Below are positions 41,366 through 52,123 of a stretch of 59,023 bases of DNA, one piece after another. The DNA is taken from positions 1-59,023 of the forward strand of contig JBCNVB010000012.1 in the NCBI GenBank assembly GCA_039630415.1. The letters are read 5' to 3'. A model generated the notes under the pieces. It was not told where the DNA came from and did no database searches. It worked only from the letters and a program-made list of their open reading frames with translations. Source of the DNA: a bacterium. Lineage in GTDB: Bacteria > DRYD01. Within the stretch, counting starts at the first letter, position 1. Each line of letters begins with the position of its first letter. Made by a program: the position numbers and the translations under genes.

Positions 41366-42481
41366 TTGCTAACAGTATCATATAAAATAGCTAAAAGTAA
41401 TATACTCCACAAAAAAGAAAGAACTTTACTTACAATGTTTTCAATTGCTCTATCGATATTCATTTCCTTCATTCTACTTTCCTTAGTACAAGGGTTTTTA
41501 TCAATAGTGGAAAAATCACTAAAAAACAAAAATATAGAAATGATAATAACTACCAAAGACTTACCAATAGAAATAGGTCCAATAATAATAAATCCATCAA
41601 TACATTCTATCCCCTATCAGCTATATAGCACACTTGAATTATACCAAGACCAAATTAGAATAACCCCAGTGTATAAAAACATGATAACTATTGATGATAA
41701 ACTTATACCCATAATATCACTTGATTTCGAAAAAATCAAGGAATTTTACCCAAATATAAACATTACATCTACACCAAGATACTACGCTCTAGTTGGTAAA
41801 AAATTATCTAAAATCTTACAAAAAGATAAAATACAGATAAATAATGTGGAATTTCCAATACAAGTAATCGATAAAGAGCTTAATGGGTATGAAGATTATT
41901 CAATATTTATTGACTTTAGAGTCTATACTTCCGTAGCAAAAAGACTTAATCCAGATCAAATATGGATTAACAATATACCAAATCTTAAAACTCTAATAGA
42001 TATAGTAAATCAATACCCTGATCTTAGACTAATTGAATCAAAAAAAGTTAGTTATATACAGGAGACCATAATAACTACTCTAAAAATCTTGCAAGTCATA
42101 ATGGTAATAGCGTCCATATCAATAGCATTAATTGCTTCTACTAATACTATTTTGATAACTACCTTTGAAAGAATACCCGAATTTACAATACTTTTAGCCA
42201 TAGGTTCCCCTAGAGGAGTTGTATTCTTATCAATAATGATAGAAAGTTTGATAATATCAATTATATCAAGTTTATTTGGAATGGTTTTAGGGATAATAGT
42301 TATGCTATTTGTAGGAGGAGCTATTCAAAAAGCAATAAACATTTCCATTCCATTAATAGCTAATACACAAATAGTAATTCAACAAATTATCGTGATATCT
42401 TTCACTATAGGCATAATATCATCTATCCTACCTGCCTATATAGCATCTACAATAGAAGTACAATCTAACATAAGGATCTAG
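41366..42481 (+). CDS. ABC transporter permease, MacB/FtsX family
   Basis: RTLLT..I, large periplasmic domain, ERIPEF.IL.AIG, LPAY.A. Confidence 0.88.
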   Translation: MLTVSYKIAKSNILHKKERTLLTMFSIALSIFISFILLSLVQGFLSIVEKSLKNKNIEMIITTKDLPIEIGPIIINPSIHSIPYQLYSTLELYQDQIRITPVYKNMITIDDKLIPIISLDFEKIKEFYPNINITSTPRYYALVGKKLSKILQKDKIQINNVEFPIQVIDKELNGYEDYSIFIDFRVYTSVAKRLNPDQIWINNIPNLKTLIDIVNQYPDLRLIESKKVSYIQETIITTLKILQVIMVIASISIALIASTNTILITTFERIPEFTILLAIGSPRGVVFLSIMIESLIISIISSLFGMVLGIIVMLFVGGAIQKAINISIPLIANTQIVIQQIIVISFTIGIISSILPAYIASTIEVQSNIRI

Positions 42482-43431
42482 AGGTTAACATTATATCTTA
42501 ACAAAGAGAAACTTTTTACTTTAAGCTGATTATCATAAAATGGTTCAGAAAATGGAACTCCATGGTTATCAACGTTTATTATTCTTCCATCGAGATATTC
42601 ATAAGGGAAAGGATCCAAACTTAACCTAGTATGACCAATAACATATCTGCGTATGTTGTTCTTATCTAATGCTTTAATAATTTCTTGCTGATCAGTAGGC
42701 TCTGTTCTAACACCATTAAACGCATCTATACCCCATATCTTTCTACTCCACAATATAATTTGTACATCTTCTTCTCTTATATTGTTATTAACTATTCTGT
42801 CTATACATTCAAGATCATCTGGGAAAGAGTGACTAATCACTATTTTTGTGTTATCTTCTAATTCAAACCAAACATAAACTAATAGCTCTTTAAAAATAAT
42901 CTGATTTGAAATGCATTCAAGTAAACTATCTATATTGCTATCAAAAGATCTAATCGTATTCATACCACCTTGTGTATACCAGTTATAGAAATTCAAATAA
43001 TCCTCTAATATACCGTCTTCTGACAATTCTCTAACAAGTGAATAAGGATTAGAATATGTTCTTTGAAGAATGTCAGCAAATCTTTGTCTACCTATTTTAT
43101 TGACTATCTTCAGAGCGTTAAACATCATGTCTTCATGATTTCCCACTAACGGAAATATATTTTTCCTTTTTTGGATTAAATAGGAAACAAGGTGTATTAT
43201 TTTGGAAGTTCCAAAAACTAGTTGGTTCTGTGAAAGATTTAGAGGATTTTCTAATTTCTCTCCTCTCCAGTCTATATAATCACCGATAAAAATTATATAC
43301 GTTTCGTAATCTATTATTTGTATTTGTTTCTCTATATCTTTCTCTTGGTCATTATATACTATAATGTTTTTTTGTTGCAATATCCTAAGCAATTTATAAT
43401 AATCTCCATGTAAATCGCCTATTATCAACAT
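42478..43431 (-). CDS. Metallophosphoesterase (PPP/Shewanella-like phosphatase type)
   Basis: GDLHG, GDYID, GNHE, SH, GHT motifs. Confidence 0.85.
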   Translation of the reverse strand: MLIIGDLHGDYYKLLRILQQKNIIVYNDQEKDIEKQIQIIDYETYIIFIGDYIDWRGEKLENPLNLSQNQLVFGTSKIIHLVSYLIQKRKNIFPLVGNHEDMMFNALKIVNKIGRQRFADILQRTYSNPYSLVRELSEDGILEDYLNFYNWYTQGGMNTIRSFDSNIDSLLECISNQIIFKELLVYVWFELEDNTKIVISHSFPDDLECIDRIVNNNIREEDVQIILWSRKIWGIDAFNGVRTEPTDQQEIIKALDKNNIRRYVIGHTRLSLDPFPYEYLDGRIINVDNHGVPFSEPFYDNQLKVKSFSLLRYNVNL

Positions 43432-44894
43432 AGTTCTTCCTCTCCATTCTCATTTTTACCATCAATTACTTTTTGAATTATAAATGCAAGATTAATAACC
43501 TTGGCATCATTGTAGTAGTTTGAGATAATTTGTATCCCTACGGGCATAGAGCTTATATAGTAGGGTATGTTTAGAGATGGTAGACCTGCTAGATTTACAG
43601 CTACAGTATATACGTCACTTAGGTACATTTGTATAGGATCCTTTAATTTTTCGCCTATTTTCCAAGGAAGAGTTGGGGAAGTAGGCATTATAACAAAATC
43701 CACCTGTTCAAATATTTTCTGGAAATCCTTTTTTATAATATTCCTTACTTGCAAGGCTTTTTTGTAATAAGCATCATAGTATCCACTTGAAAGACAAAAC
43801 GTTCCAGCTAGTATCCTTCTCTTTACTTCTATACCAAATCCTTCACCCCTACTTTTTTTCATCATTGTTCGTAAATCTTGAGATTCAATATCTCTATAAC
43901 CATATCTAACCCCATCGTACCTAGCCAAATTTGAACTAGCTTCACTAGTCGCTATTATGTAGTAACAAGGTATAGAATACTCGAGATAAGGGAATTCCAC
44001 CTCTATAATTATTGCTCCCTCCATCTCCAATTTAGCAATTAAGTCCTTTATCGAGTTTTTAACTATCGGATCAACGGCAGGATCTTCTACTATTTTTATA
44101 GGAAAACCTACTCTTATACCTTTCAAGTCATTAAAAAACAGCTTAACATTATAGTTATCATCGATGAATTCTGGAATAAATTCTTTGGAGCTAGTACTAT
44201 CATATGGATCATAACCAGATATAACCTGCATAATTAAGGAAAGATCCTCTATATACTTAGAGAATGGACCAATTTGGTCTAATGAGGAAGCATAAGCAAC
44301 TAATCCATAACGTGATACGACTCCATAAGTAGGCTTTAAGCCATATATTCCACAAAAAGCTGCCGGAAGTCTAATTGATCCACCAGTATCTGATCCCAAA
44401 GAAACAGGTACCATATTAGCAGCGACAGCTACAGCACTCCCACCACTAGATCCACCTGCAACCAAACTAGTATCCAATGGATTCTTTACTACACCATAAA
44501 AAGAGTTCTCATTCGTTGAACCCATTGCAAATTCATCCAAGTTTGTCTTCCCAACTATTATAGCCCCAGCAGTATATAACTTGTCAACAACAGTAGCGTT
44601 GTATGGGGATATATAATTACTTAAAATTTTTGATGCACAAGTTGTTGGATAACCCTTTACATTTATATTATCCTTTATTGCAACGGGAATTCCTATTAAA
44701 GGTGTATAAATGCCTCTATTGACCATTTCCTGGGCTCTCTCAACCTGTTGATATATATAATCCCTATCAAAAATAGTGATAAAAGCATTATACATCGGGT
44801 CATATTTTTCTATTTTTTCAATAAAATTGTCCACTACTTCCCTTATACTAACCTGCTTTTTTATGATCTTGCTTAGTATATTTCTAGCACTCAA
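43425..44894 (-). CDS. gatA: Glu/Asp-tRNA amidotransferase subunit A
   Basis: KDNI, GKTNLDEFAMGS, GGSSGGS, GSDTGGSIR, SSNLARYDG, EVKRRI, YYDAYY. Confidence 0.96.
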   Translation of the reverse strand: MSARNILSKIIKKQVSIREVVDNFIEKIEKYDPMYNAFITIFDRDYIYQQVERAQEMVNRGIYTPLIGIPVAIKDNINVKGYPTTCASKILSNYISPYNATVVDKLYTAGAIIVGKTNLDEFAMGSTNENSFYGVVKNPLDTSLVAGGSSGGSAVAVAANMVPVSLGSDTGGSIRLPAAFCGIYGLKPTYGVVSRYGLVAYASSLDQIGPFSKYIEDLSLIMQVISGYDPYDSTSSKEFIPEFIDDNYNVKLFFNDLKGIRVGFPIKIVEDPAVDPIVKNSIKDLIAKLEMEGAIIIEVEFPYLEYSIPCYYIIATSEASSNLARYDGVRYGYRDIESQDLRTMMKKSRGEGFGIEVKRRILAGTFCLSSGYYDAYYKKALQVRNIIKKDFQKIFEQVDFVIMPTSPTLPWKIGEKLKDPIQMYLSDVYTVAVNLAGLPSLNIPYYISSMPVGIQIISNYYNDAKVINLAFIIQKVIDGKNENGEEELC

Positions 44895-46123
44895 TCAAAA
44901 CACCCCCTAACGTAACAATTCAATAGATACCAATTACCACTGTAAACAAAGTAGCCCATAATTCTAACTATATCCCAAGAACTTGATAAATTGGATACTA
45001 ACTCTAAATACATCCTCTCATACACTTTTTTGTATTCTCCATAACCTATTTTCCTTAGCTGATCTAATAGAAATTCTTTGATTTTCTTTACGACTTCATC
45101 TGACAGAGTTGTTTGCTTCAATTCAATTTCTATAACTAGAGCTTTCTCTTCTTCTTGAACATAACTAAATATGTCAAAATTTTGTATATCAAAATTCTCT
45201 AGAAAGGTTAGTCTAAACTTGAAATCTTTTTCATACTTATCTTTCAAATAATTGGATATAAGATCATCAAAGAAAATTTCTTGATTTTGAATAGTAGCTC
45301 GATTGTTGTATAAATATAGCTTATTTGTACTAATTCTGTAACTCAGGTTTAATTTATTCAGGTACCCTTTGTAAGATAAGAATGATTGATAAAGGTATTG
45401 ATTTGTTTGTAATGATATGTTAAAAGATCTTACTTTACTGGGCTGATCCGTATAGTAGTTACTAAATATTTTCAAGACATTTGAGTCTAGGTTTTGTGGA
45501 GAGACTATAAAGAAGCAAATATCTTCTCGTCGAATATTCTGCATATATTCAAACATAACTTTGTAAGATATAGATTGAACTGTTTTTATAGTTCCACCAG
45601 TAGGATTGGTATATCTAGTAAAAACAGGTGCATGCTGGAATTTAGCTGAAAGCTCAGCCAAAACAACACCTTTCTCCTTATCAAGAGAATCTTGATCAAA
45701 ATTTGGATTAAACAAAGCTTCTAAAAAAACAGGTATAATTATATAAATGTCACCAACAGCATAAAAAGATACGTAATCATTATAAGTGGTTGCATTATAC
45801 TGAGTATTTACAAGTAATTCCTTTATGCTTTTATTTTTTATTTTATTTCTGAAAAACATATGTTCCCATAGGTGAGCTATACCGTAATATTGAGGGGGAT
45901 CATACTTGGCTCCTCTTCTAACCACAATTCCAAAACCAGATAAAACTATTCCATTGTTTTGAATAAAATACATTCTACTTTTACCAATCTGATACTCATC
46001 TACCCTAATTCTGGAAAACTTTACATTTAATTCTGTACTATTGGTATACTTGAAACTAAAAATTATTACAGCAGTAGCTATAATCCATAATTTAGTTAAT
46101 TGAATAAATATCTTACCTAACAT
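44891..46123 (-). CDS. M16 (insulinase) family metallopeptidase, divergent and probably exported
   Basis: GIAHLWEHMFF (HxxEH), NATT, EKGVVLAE; N-terminal hydrophobic segment. Confidence 0.8.
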   Translation of the reverse strand: MLGKIFIQLTKLWIIATAVIIFSFKYTNSTELNVKFSRIRVDEYQIGKSRMYFIQNNGIVLSGFGIVVRRGAKYDPPQYYGIAHLWEHMFFRNKIKNKSIKELLVNTQYNATTYNDYVSFYAVGDIYIIIPVFLEALFNPNFDQDSLDKEKGVVLAELSAKFQHAPVFTRYTNPTGGTIKTVQSISYKVMFEYMQNIRREDICFFIVSPQNLDSNVLKIFSNYYTDQPSKVRSFNISLQTNQYLYQSFLSYKGYLNKLNLSYRISTNKLYLYNNRATIQNQEIFFDDLISNYLKDKYEKDFKFRLTFLENFDIQNFDIFSYVQEEEKALVIEIELKQTTLSDEVVKKIKEFLLDQLRKIGYGEYKKVYERMYLELVSNLSSSWDIVRIMGYFVYSGNWYLLNCYVRGCFD

Positions 46124-46128
46124 TAATC

Positions 46129-47304
46129 CTAGTAATATATAGTTACTGTTCTATGATGATTAGGTAGATCAGGTGTAGATTTAGCTAGATTCCAAAGAAT
46201 ATTATCTACTAATGCTGGATAGGTTTTTGTTCTTTCAGCGATTAGTTCAACTGCATAAACAGTAGCTGATCTAATTTCTACTTCCTTTATATCCTTTGGA
46301 TTTATTATTTTACCTGTATTTATCTCATTCTGAAGATCTTCCGAATAAGAAATAATTCCCTTGTAGGATAAATACTGTGGCAGTTTATAGTCAGCAAATG
46401 CCGTTAATTTACTTATATTTTTGAAATTCAAATATTCTAAAAATTGATATTTCTGCAGTATTTCTGGATTGTTATTCTTATAATGTTGGTAAAGAAGATA
46501 TAGATCATGAGCTAAGATTTGAGCTCTTTTATAAAACCCAACCTTTATAACTTTACCATCGTTAAGCTGATAAGTTGCTACATCATTAAAACCATTGAAA
46601 GTTTCCACAACCATAGAAACGAACTTATTAACATCCCTATTTGCTTGAACTAGAATATCCACTATCTTGTGAGGATTATTGTTATTAGTTAAAGATAGCC
46701 TATAAGGATCTTCCTGCTCTTCTTTCACTTTACCCTGCACATTTCTCTCTTTTATCCCTTCCCAAAATATCATTTTGTACATCTCAGATATCGGTTTCTG
46801 AAAAATATTCTCTCCTAACTCTCTCAAGTTAGTTACCCTCTCCTCTATAAGTTTTAACTCTCCATATGCATAGTGTAGGTCTTCATAAGTAGGGTACAAC
46901 ATCCTCATCAATTCATTCTTAAATATTTTAGCCCAATAGTAAGGGTAAACAAACAATTCTGAATTTGAGCATTCTCTCTTCAAACATAAAGCTAAAGCAT
47001 TATATCCACTAACATACTCTTGATTGTATTTTATCGTCCATTTAGAAGTTTTTTTATCTGCCCAAAAACAAAAGTTAATTGTATCTAATACGAAAAAAAA
47101 CCATATGGCTTTTAAGGGATGCTCAGTGTAGTGTATATCTGAATTAAGCAATTTCTGATTCCATGTCTTTATTTGATTTGCAAATTCAGAAATAAATCTA
47201 TTTATAGCTTCAGTATTTACTTTAACGTATTTCGAGTTTTCTACTACCAATCTGCATGATTCTCTAACCTGATCGGTTATTGGTTTATAGTTTACACCCA
47301 GCAT
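46129..47304 (-). CDS. Queuosine salvage protein (DUF2419/QNG1 family nucleotide N-glycosylase)
   Basis: FVLDTINFCFW, GYNAL, FND, FYKRAQI, LTAFADYKLPQ, EVEIR, DNILW, HHRTVTIYY. Confidence 0.9.
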   Translation of the reverse strand: MLGVNYKPITDQVRESCRLVVENSKYVKVNTEAINRFISEFANQIKTWNQKLLNSDIHYTEHPLKAIWFFFVLDTINFCFWADKKTSKWTIKYNQEYVSGYNALALCLKRECSNSELFVYPYYWAKIFKNELMRMLYPTYEDLHYAYGELKLIEERVTNLRELGENIFQKPISEMYKMIFWEGIKERNVQGKVKEEQEDPYRLSLTNNNNPHKIVDILVQANRDVNKFVSMVVETFNGFNDVATYQLNDGKVIKVGFYKRAQILAHDLYLLYQHYKNNNPEILQKYQFLEYLNFKNISKLTAFADYKLPQYLSYKGIISYSEDLQNEINTGKIINPKDIKEVEIRSATVYAVELIAERTKTYPALVDNILWNLAKSTPDLPNHHRTVTIYY

Positions 47305-47310
47305 TGTAAT

Positions 47311-47838
47311 CTATTCCTCCTGTATTGAGTATATATCCGGCTTGTTTCTATATTTCTCATCCAAATCTAAACCGTATCCTACTACGAATTCTTCAGGTAT
47401 TATGAAACCAACAAAATCTACTTTAACATCAACTATTCTTTTAGATGGTTTATCTAGTAAAGTACAAATTTTTATATCCCTCGGATTCCTTTCTTTTAAG
47501 AGGGAAATTATTTTGCTTAAAGTTATACCCGTATCTACTATATCTTCTATTACGAAGACAATTCTATCAGTTATATCAATAGACAGGTCTTTGAGTATCT
47601 TAACATTTTGAGTACTTACTTTTCCTTTATAGCTTGAAACCTTAATATAGTCAGTTACCACATCATGTTTTATGTTTCTGATTAGTTCTGAGAAAAAGAA
47701 CACACTACCTGTAAGAACACATACAAAAACAGGTAGATCATCCCGCTCTGTTTTAATTTGTTTCAAATAATTGTCTATCTCTGTTGATAATTCAATAATT
47801 CTTCTTTGTATTTTAGCGGAAGGAATAAATACTTTCAT
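47311..47838 (-). CDS. hpt: Hypoxanthine phosphoribosyltransferase
   Basis: VLTGS, VSSY, IEDIVDTGITL, LLDK, FVVGYGLD. Confidence 0.95.
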   Translation of the reverse strand: MKVFIPSAKIQRRIIELSTEIDNYLKQIKTERDDLPVFVCVLTGSVFFFSELIRNIKHDVVTDYIKVSSYKGKVSTQNVKILKDLSIDITDRIVFVIEDIVDTGITLSKIISLLKERNPRDIKICTLLDKPSKRIVDVKVDFVGFIIPEEFVVGYGLDLDEKYRNKPDIYSIQEE

Positions 47839-49610
47839 GCTACAATGGAGTTGAATTCCTCTTCTGTAATGACTTCCTTCTGAAGTAAAGTTTCAGCCAC
47901 AGTTATTAGTTTTTCTTTATAGTTAAGAATGAGGTTTTTGACTTCATTATAGCATTCATTTATAATCTTTGATACTTCTAGATCAATCAATCTAGCTGTT
48001 CCTTCACTATATTTTTTTTCTCTAACAAAATCTCTGCCGAGGAACACTTCTCTAGAGGCTTCAAATGAGATAAGCCCTAGTGAAGACATTCCGAATTGGG
48101 TTACCATGCTTCTGGCTATTCTAGTTGCTTTTTCTAGATCATTTTCTGCTCCTGTTGTGCATACATTAAGTATTAGTTCTTCTGCTGCCCTACCACCTAG
48201 TAACACCTTTATTTGAGCTAATAATTCTTCTTTTCGGTAATTGTATTTATCTTTTTCTGGTGCTTGCCAAGTTTGTCCTAAACTAGGACCGCGAGGTACA
48301 ATCGATATCTTTTTAACAGGATCGGAGTAAGGCGTATATTTAGCAACGATAGCATGCCCTGCTTCGTGGTATGCTGTTATTTTTCTTTCTTCTTCCGACA
48401 TTACAATACTTTTTCTTGCCGGTCCCATTAAAACTTTTTCTATTGCTTCTTCACAGTCTTGCAATTCTATTACTTGTTTTCCTTTTCTTACTGCGATAAG
48501 AGCAGCCTCATTTAACATATTCTCTAAATCTGCACCTGTAAAACCTGGTGTTCTTCTTGCTAACTCTTGTAAACTCAAGTCTGGACTTATCTTTTTGTTT
48601 CTAGCATGGATTTTAAGTATTTCTTCTCTTCCTTTAAGGTCAGGAGGTCCAACATAGATTTGTCTGTCAAACCTACCAGGTCTTTGTAAAGCTGAATCTA
48701 GTATATCTGGTCTATTGGTAGCGGCTAGAACTATTACTCCGGAATTAACCTCAAAACCATCCATTTCTACTAGTAATTGATTAAGTGTTTGTTCTCGTTC
48801 GTCATGTCCTCCACCTAAGCCAGCTCCTCTTTGTCTTCCGACTGCATCTATTTCGTCGATAAATATTATACAAGGAGAATTTCTTTTGGCTTGTTCAAAT
48901 AAATCTCTAACTCTTGCTGCACCAACTCCCACAAACATTTCGACAAATTCAGAACCGCTAACATAAAAGAAGGGTACACCTGCTTCTCCAGCTATAGCTC
49001 TACCTAGTAATGTTTTACCAGTTCCAGGAGGGCCTATAAGTAAAATTCCTTTAGGTATTCTTGCTCCCATATCTATGAATTTTTGTCTATCTTTAAGAAA
49101 ACCAACTATTTCTTTTAGTTCTTCTTTAACTTCTTCAATACCTGCTACATCTGCGAAAGTTACTTTAGGCATGTCTTGAGTAAACATTCTTGCTCTACTC
49201 TTAGTAAAAGAAAAAGCTTGACTACTACCACTTTGAGCTTGTCTAAAGAAAGCTAACAGGATTAAAATAAACAAGATAAAGGGAACTATATTTAGAATTA
49301 TAAACCACAAGGTATTATCAGAAGGAGGTATATATCTAAAATTTATTCCCTTTTCTTTGAGAGTTTTAACCAGTTCATAGTCTTGAGGATAAAAAGCTCT
49401 TATTTTGTAATATTTCTTGTCGATTGGCTGGTATAGTTCTAGAGTTATCTCTTTATCTTTTATTACTGCTTCCCTTGCGTTATTCTTTTCTATCTGCTGC
49501 CATAAATCATAGTAAGAAGTCTCCTTTATATTCAATGATTTTTCTGTTAAAAGCATAGAAAGGTATATAGCCAACAGTATTATAGCTAGCCAGACTAAAA
49601 AGGTTTTCAT
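47835..49610 (-). CDS. ftsH: ATP-dependent zinc metalloprotease FtsH
   Basis: 2 [19 protein letters not shown] motif ATNRPD..RPGRFDR, HEAGH. Confidence 0.97.
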   Translation of the reverse strand: MKTFLVWLAIILLAIYLSMLLTEKSLNIKETSYYDLWQQIEKNNAREAVIKDKEITLELYQPIDKKYYKIRAFYPQDYELVKTLKEKGINFRYIPPSDNTLWFIILNIVPFILFILILLAFFRQAQSGSSQAFSFTKSRARMFTQDMPKVTFADVAGIEEVKEELKEIVGFLKDRQKFIDMGARIPKGILLIGPPGTGKTLLGRAIAGEAGVPFFYVSGSEFVEMFVGVGAARVRDLFEQAKRNSPCIIFIDEIDAVGRQRGAGLGGGHDEREQTLNQLLVEMDGFEVNSGVIVLAATNRPDILDSALQRPGRFDRQIYVGPPDLKGREEILKIHARNKKISPDLSLQELARRTPGFTGADLENMLNEAALIAVRKGKQVIELQDCEEAIEKVLMGPARKSIVMSEEERKITAYHEAGHAIVAKYTPYSDPVKKISIVPRGPSLGQTWQAPEKDKYNYRKEELLAQIKVLLGGRAAEELILNVCTTGAENDLEKATRIARSMVTQFGMSSLGLISFEASREVFLGRDFVREKKYSEGTARLIDLEVSKIINECYNEVKNLILNYKEKLITVAETLLQKEVITEEEFNSIVA

Positions 49611-49686
49611 ATATTTGAGTCCTTTCCTAATTATTATAATTTTATCTACACTATCTTCTATCCTTTTCTTGTTGTACCCGGTTTTA

Positions 49687-49715
49687 TTGAAGGATTGTAG
49701 GTGGAATTATATAAG
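49687..49715 (+). promoter_or_regulatory. Possible sigma70 promoter for the glgC block
   Basis: TTGAAG-17 nt-TATAAG upstream of a GAGGGG SD; the AT-rich background makes this weak. Confidence 0.3.
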
Positions 49716-49739
49716 TAAAAATAGAGGGGCAAATACACG

Positions 49740-50990
49740 ATGAGAAGTAGTTTTCTTACTAATGTTCTGGCAATGGTTTTGGCAGGAGGAGAAGGTACAA
49801 GACTATTCCCTCTAACTAAAGAAAGATGTAAGCCAGCAGTACCATTTGGGTCAAGATACAGAATAATAGATTTTGTACTCAGCAATCTAATAAATAGTGG
49901 AATAATGAAAATAAACGTACTTACTCAATATAAAGCACATTCCCTTATAAGGCATATACAGACCAACTGGAGTTTGAATTACAAATTTGGTTTTTATGTT
50001 AATATAGTTCCTCCACAAATGAGGATAGGTAAAATATGGTTTAGGGGAACAGCGGATGCAATATATCAAAACTTAAACCTAATATTTGATGAACAACCAG
50101 ACTACGTTATAATCTTGTCTTCAGATCACATATACACGATGGACATAAAACATATGATAGATTACCACATAAGTAAAGATGCAGATATAACGGTAGCAAC
50201 CTTTCCAGTAGATCCTCAAGAAGCACCTAGATTTGGAATAATGAAAATAGATTCCGACTCAAGAATAGTAAGTTTCCTAGAAAAACCAAAAATAGAAGAA
50301 ATAGAAGGATATATAGTAAACAATAAAGTTCTAGCTTCCATGGGAAATTATGTCTTTAATAGAGACGTATTAATAAAAATACTAGAACATGATGCACTTA
50401 AAGATACTAGCCATGATTTTGGTAAAAATATAATCCCTGAAAGTATAAAAAGGCATAAAGTATACAGTTATAGCTTTGAGAAAACTAATATTCCTGGTTC
50501 AAATAAGCCACCTTATTGGAGAGATGTAGGAACGGTTAAATCGTATTTTGACGCAAATATGGAATTACTTGAAGAAAATCCACCTATAGATCTATACAAT
50601 CCTTATTGGCCTATATACTCTGCCTATACAGCTTTACCAGCTGCCAAAATAATTGGAGAAAATGTAAATATAAAAAACTCTATTATTGCGGAAGGATGCA
50701 TAATAGAAAACAATACCGTAATCAAAAACTCTATTATCTTTACCAAATGCCATATAAAAAGTAACTCCTATATAGAGAATTCTATCATCCTCGATGGATG
50801 TACAATATCGAGCAATTCTATAATTACCAATTCCATTCTTGACAAAGGGGTAATAGTTGATTCTAACGTAGAACTATCAGATAGAACTAAAGATAAATTC
50901 TTTACAAGCGATGGAATAATCGTAGTGCCTAAAGGGCAAAAAGTAGAAAAAGATAGTATCCAAAAAGAAAAGCAACTAAATATAATATGA
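49740..50990 (+). CDS. glgC: Glucose-1-phosphate adenylyltransferase
   Basis: LAGGEGTRLFPLT..R.KPAVPFG, GTADA, DHIY, EKP, ASMGNY, HDFG, YWRDVG. Confidence 0.95.
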   Translation: MRSSFLTNVLAMVLAGGEGTRLFPLTKERCKPAVPFGSRYRIIDFVLSNLINSGIMKINVLTQYKAHSLIRHIQTNWSLNYKFGFYVNIVPPQMRIGKIWFRGTADAIYQNLNLIFDEQPDYVIILSSDHIYTMDIKHMIDYHISKDADITVATFPVDPQEAPRFGIMKIDSDSRIVSFLEKPKIEEIEGYIVNNKVLASMGNYVFNRDVLIKILEHDALKDTSHDFGKNIIPESIKRHKVYSYSFEKTNIPGSNKPPYWRDVGTVKSYFDANMELLEENPPIDLYNPYWPIYSAYTALPAAKIIGENVNIKNSIIAEGCIIENNTVIKNSIIFTKCHIKSNSYIENSIILDGCTISSNSIITNSILDKGVIVDSNVELSDRTKDKFFTSDGIIVVPKGQKVEKDSIQKEKQLNII

Positions 50991-52123
50991 AGAACATAAT
51001 ATATGATTTGAAAAATAGACTTAACTTAAGTATATGGCTTGATTATCTGGATAGAGAAGTTTTAGAACTCCTACCAAATTTAGTTAAAGAAGAAAAAATC
51101 TACGGAATAACTACTAACCCAACTATTTTCAATAATGCTATCAATAAATACTCCTCAGCGTATCTTAAACATTATGATTTTGGAGCTAATATTTTCGATA
51201 TAATAGAAAGCATAATGATAGAAGACGTAAAAAAAGCATGTGAAATATTACTACCTTTATACGAAAAAACAAATCATCAAGATGGTTTAGTTAGTATAGA
51301 ACTACCACCTTACATAGCTTACGATGAGCATCAAACAATCCATAAAGCAAAACAAATATGGGAAAAAATACAAATGCCTAATGTTATGATAAAAGTACCT
51401 GCCACTAATGAAGGTATAAATGCTATAAAGAAATTATTCGAAGAAAATATAAATGTAAACATAACGCTTCTATTTTCCGTTTCCAAATATATCCAAGTAG
51501 TAGAGTCGTATAAGCAATCAAAGACACAGTATTCAAGTAAATCTATAACTGTAGCTTCCTTTTTCGTTAGTAGAGTAGATACAGCCATAGACAATATATT
51601 ACATAAAATGTTGCATAGTAAAATAATTAGTCAAAGTGATTTTGAATTGCTGATAGGTAATGTAGCGGTAGCAAATTGTATGTTAGCGTATAAACACTAT
51701 CTTAAATCATTCAACGAGTCAGATATAGCTAAGGGAGAATATCAAAGAATATTATGGGCAAGTACAAGTACAAAGAATCCTTCTTACCACCAACTGAAAT
51801 ATGTTATAGAATTGTTGACACCAAATTCAATAAATACAATACCTTACAACACTTACCAGCTACTGATGCAATCGGATATAGATATAGACCAAATTAAATC
51901 AAATTATACTCAAAAAATGGAAACATCAGAAAAGTTAGTAGAACTTTTGAATAAATACATAAATTTAGAGTATATCTTAGAAGACTTACTTTACAGAGGT
52001 GTTACGCTTTTCAGTGATTCATATAATTCGATTTTGTATACGGTAATAGAGAAAGTTGTAGATAACCGCTTCCCTGAAGCGGAATATAAAAATCAGGGAT
52101 TCTCAGAAAGGAATGAAGTATGA
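50987..52123 (+). CDS. tal: Transaldolase (long, mycobacterial/plant-like type)
   Basis: IWLD, GITTNPTIF, VSIE, IKVPAT, NITLLFS, ASFFVSRVD, QRILWASTSTKNP. Confidence 0.93.
   Translation: MKNIIYDLKNRLNLSIWLDYLDREVLELLPNLVKEEKIYGITTNPTIFNNAINKYSSAYLKHYDFGANIFDIIESIMIEDVKKACEILLPLYEKTNHQDGLVSIELPPYIAYDEHQTIHKAKQIWEKIQMPNVMIKVPATNEGINAIKKLFEENINVNITLLFSVSKYIQVVESYKQSKTQYSSKSITVASFFVSRVDTAIDNILHKMLHSKIISQSDFELLIGNVAVANCMLAYKHYLKSFNESDIAKGEYQRILWASTSTKNPSYHQLKYVIELLTPNSINTIPYNTYQLLMQSDIDIDQIKSNYTQKMETSEKLVELLNKYINLEYILEDLLYRGVTLFSDSYNSILYTVIEKVVDNRFPEAEYKNQGFSERNEV

Noticed and set aside
49658-49885. 75-aa minus-strand ORF
   Set aside because: It overlaps the conserved glgC N-terminus and the divergent promoter region; no independent support.
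50173-50185. 13-nt match (GTAAAGATGCAGA) between the CRISPR spacer reverse complement and glgC
   Set aside because: Short, does not extend, and lies mid-gene; not distinguishable from chance without a statistical test.
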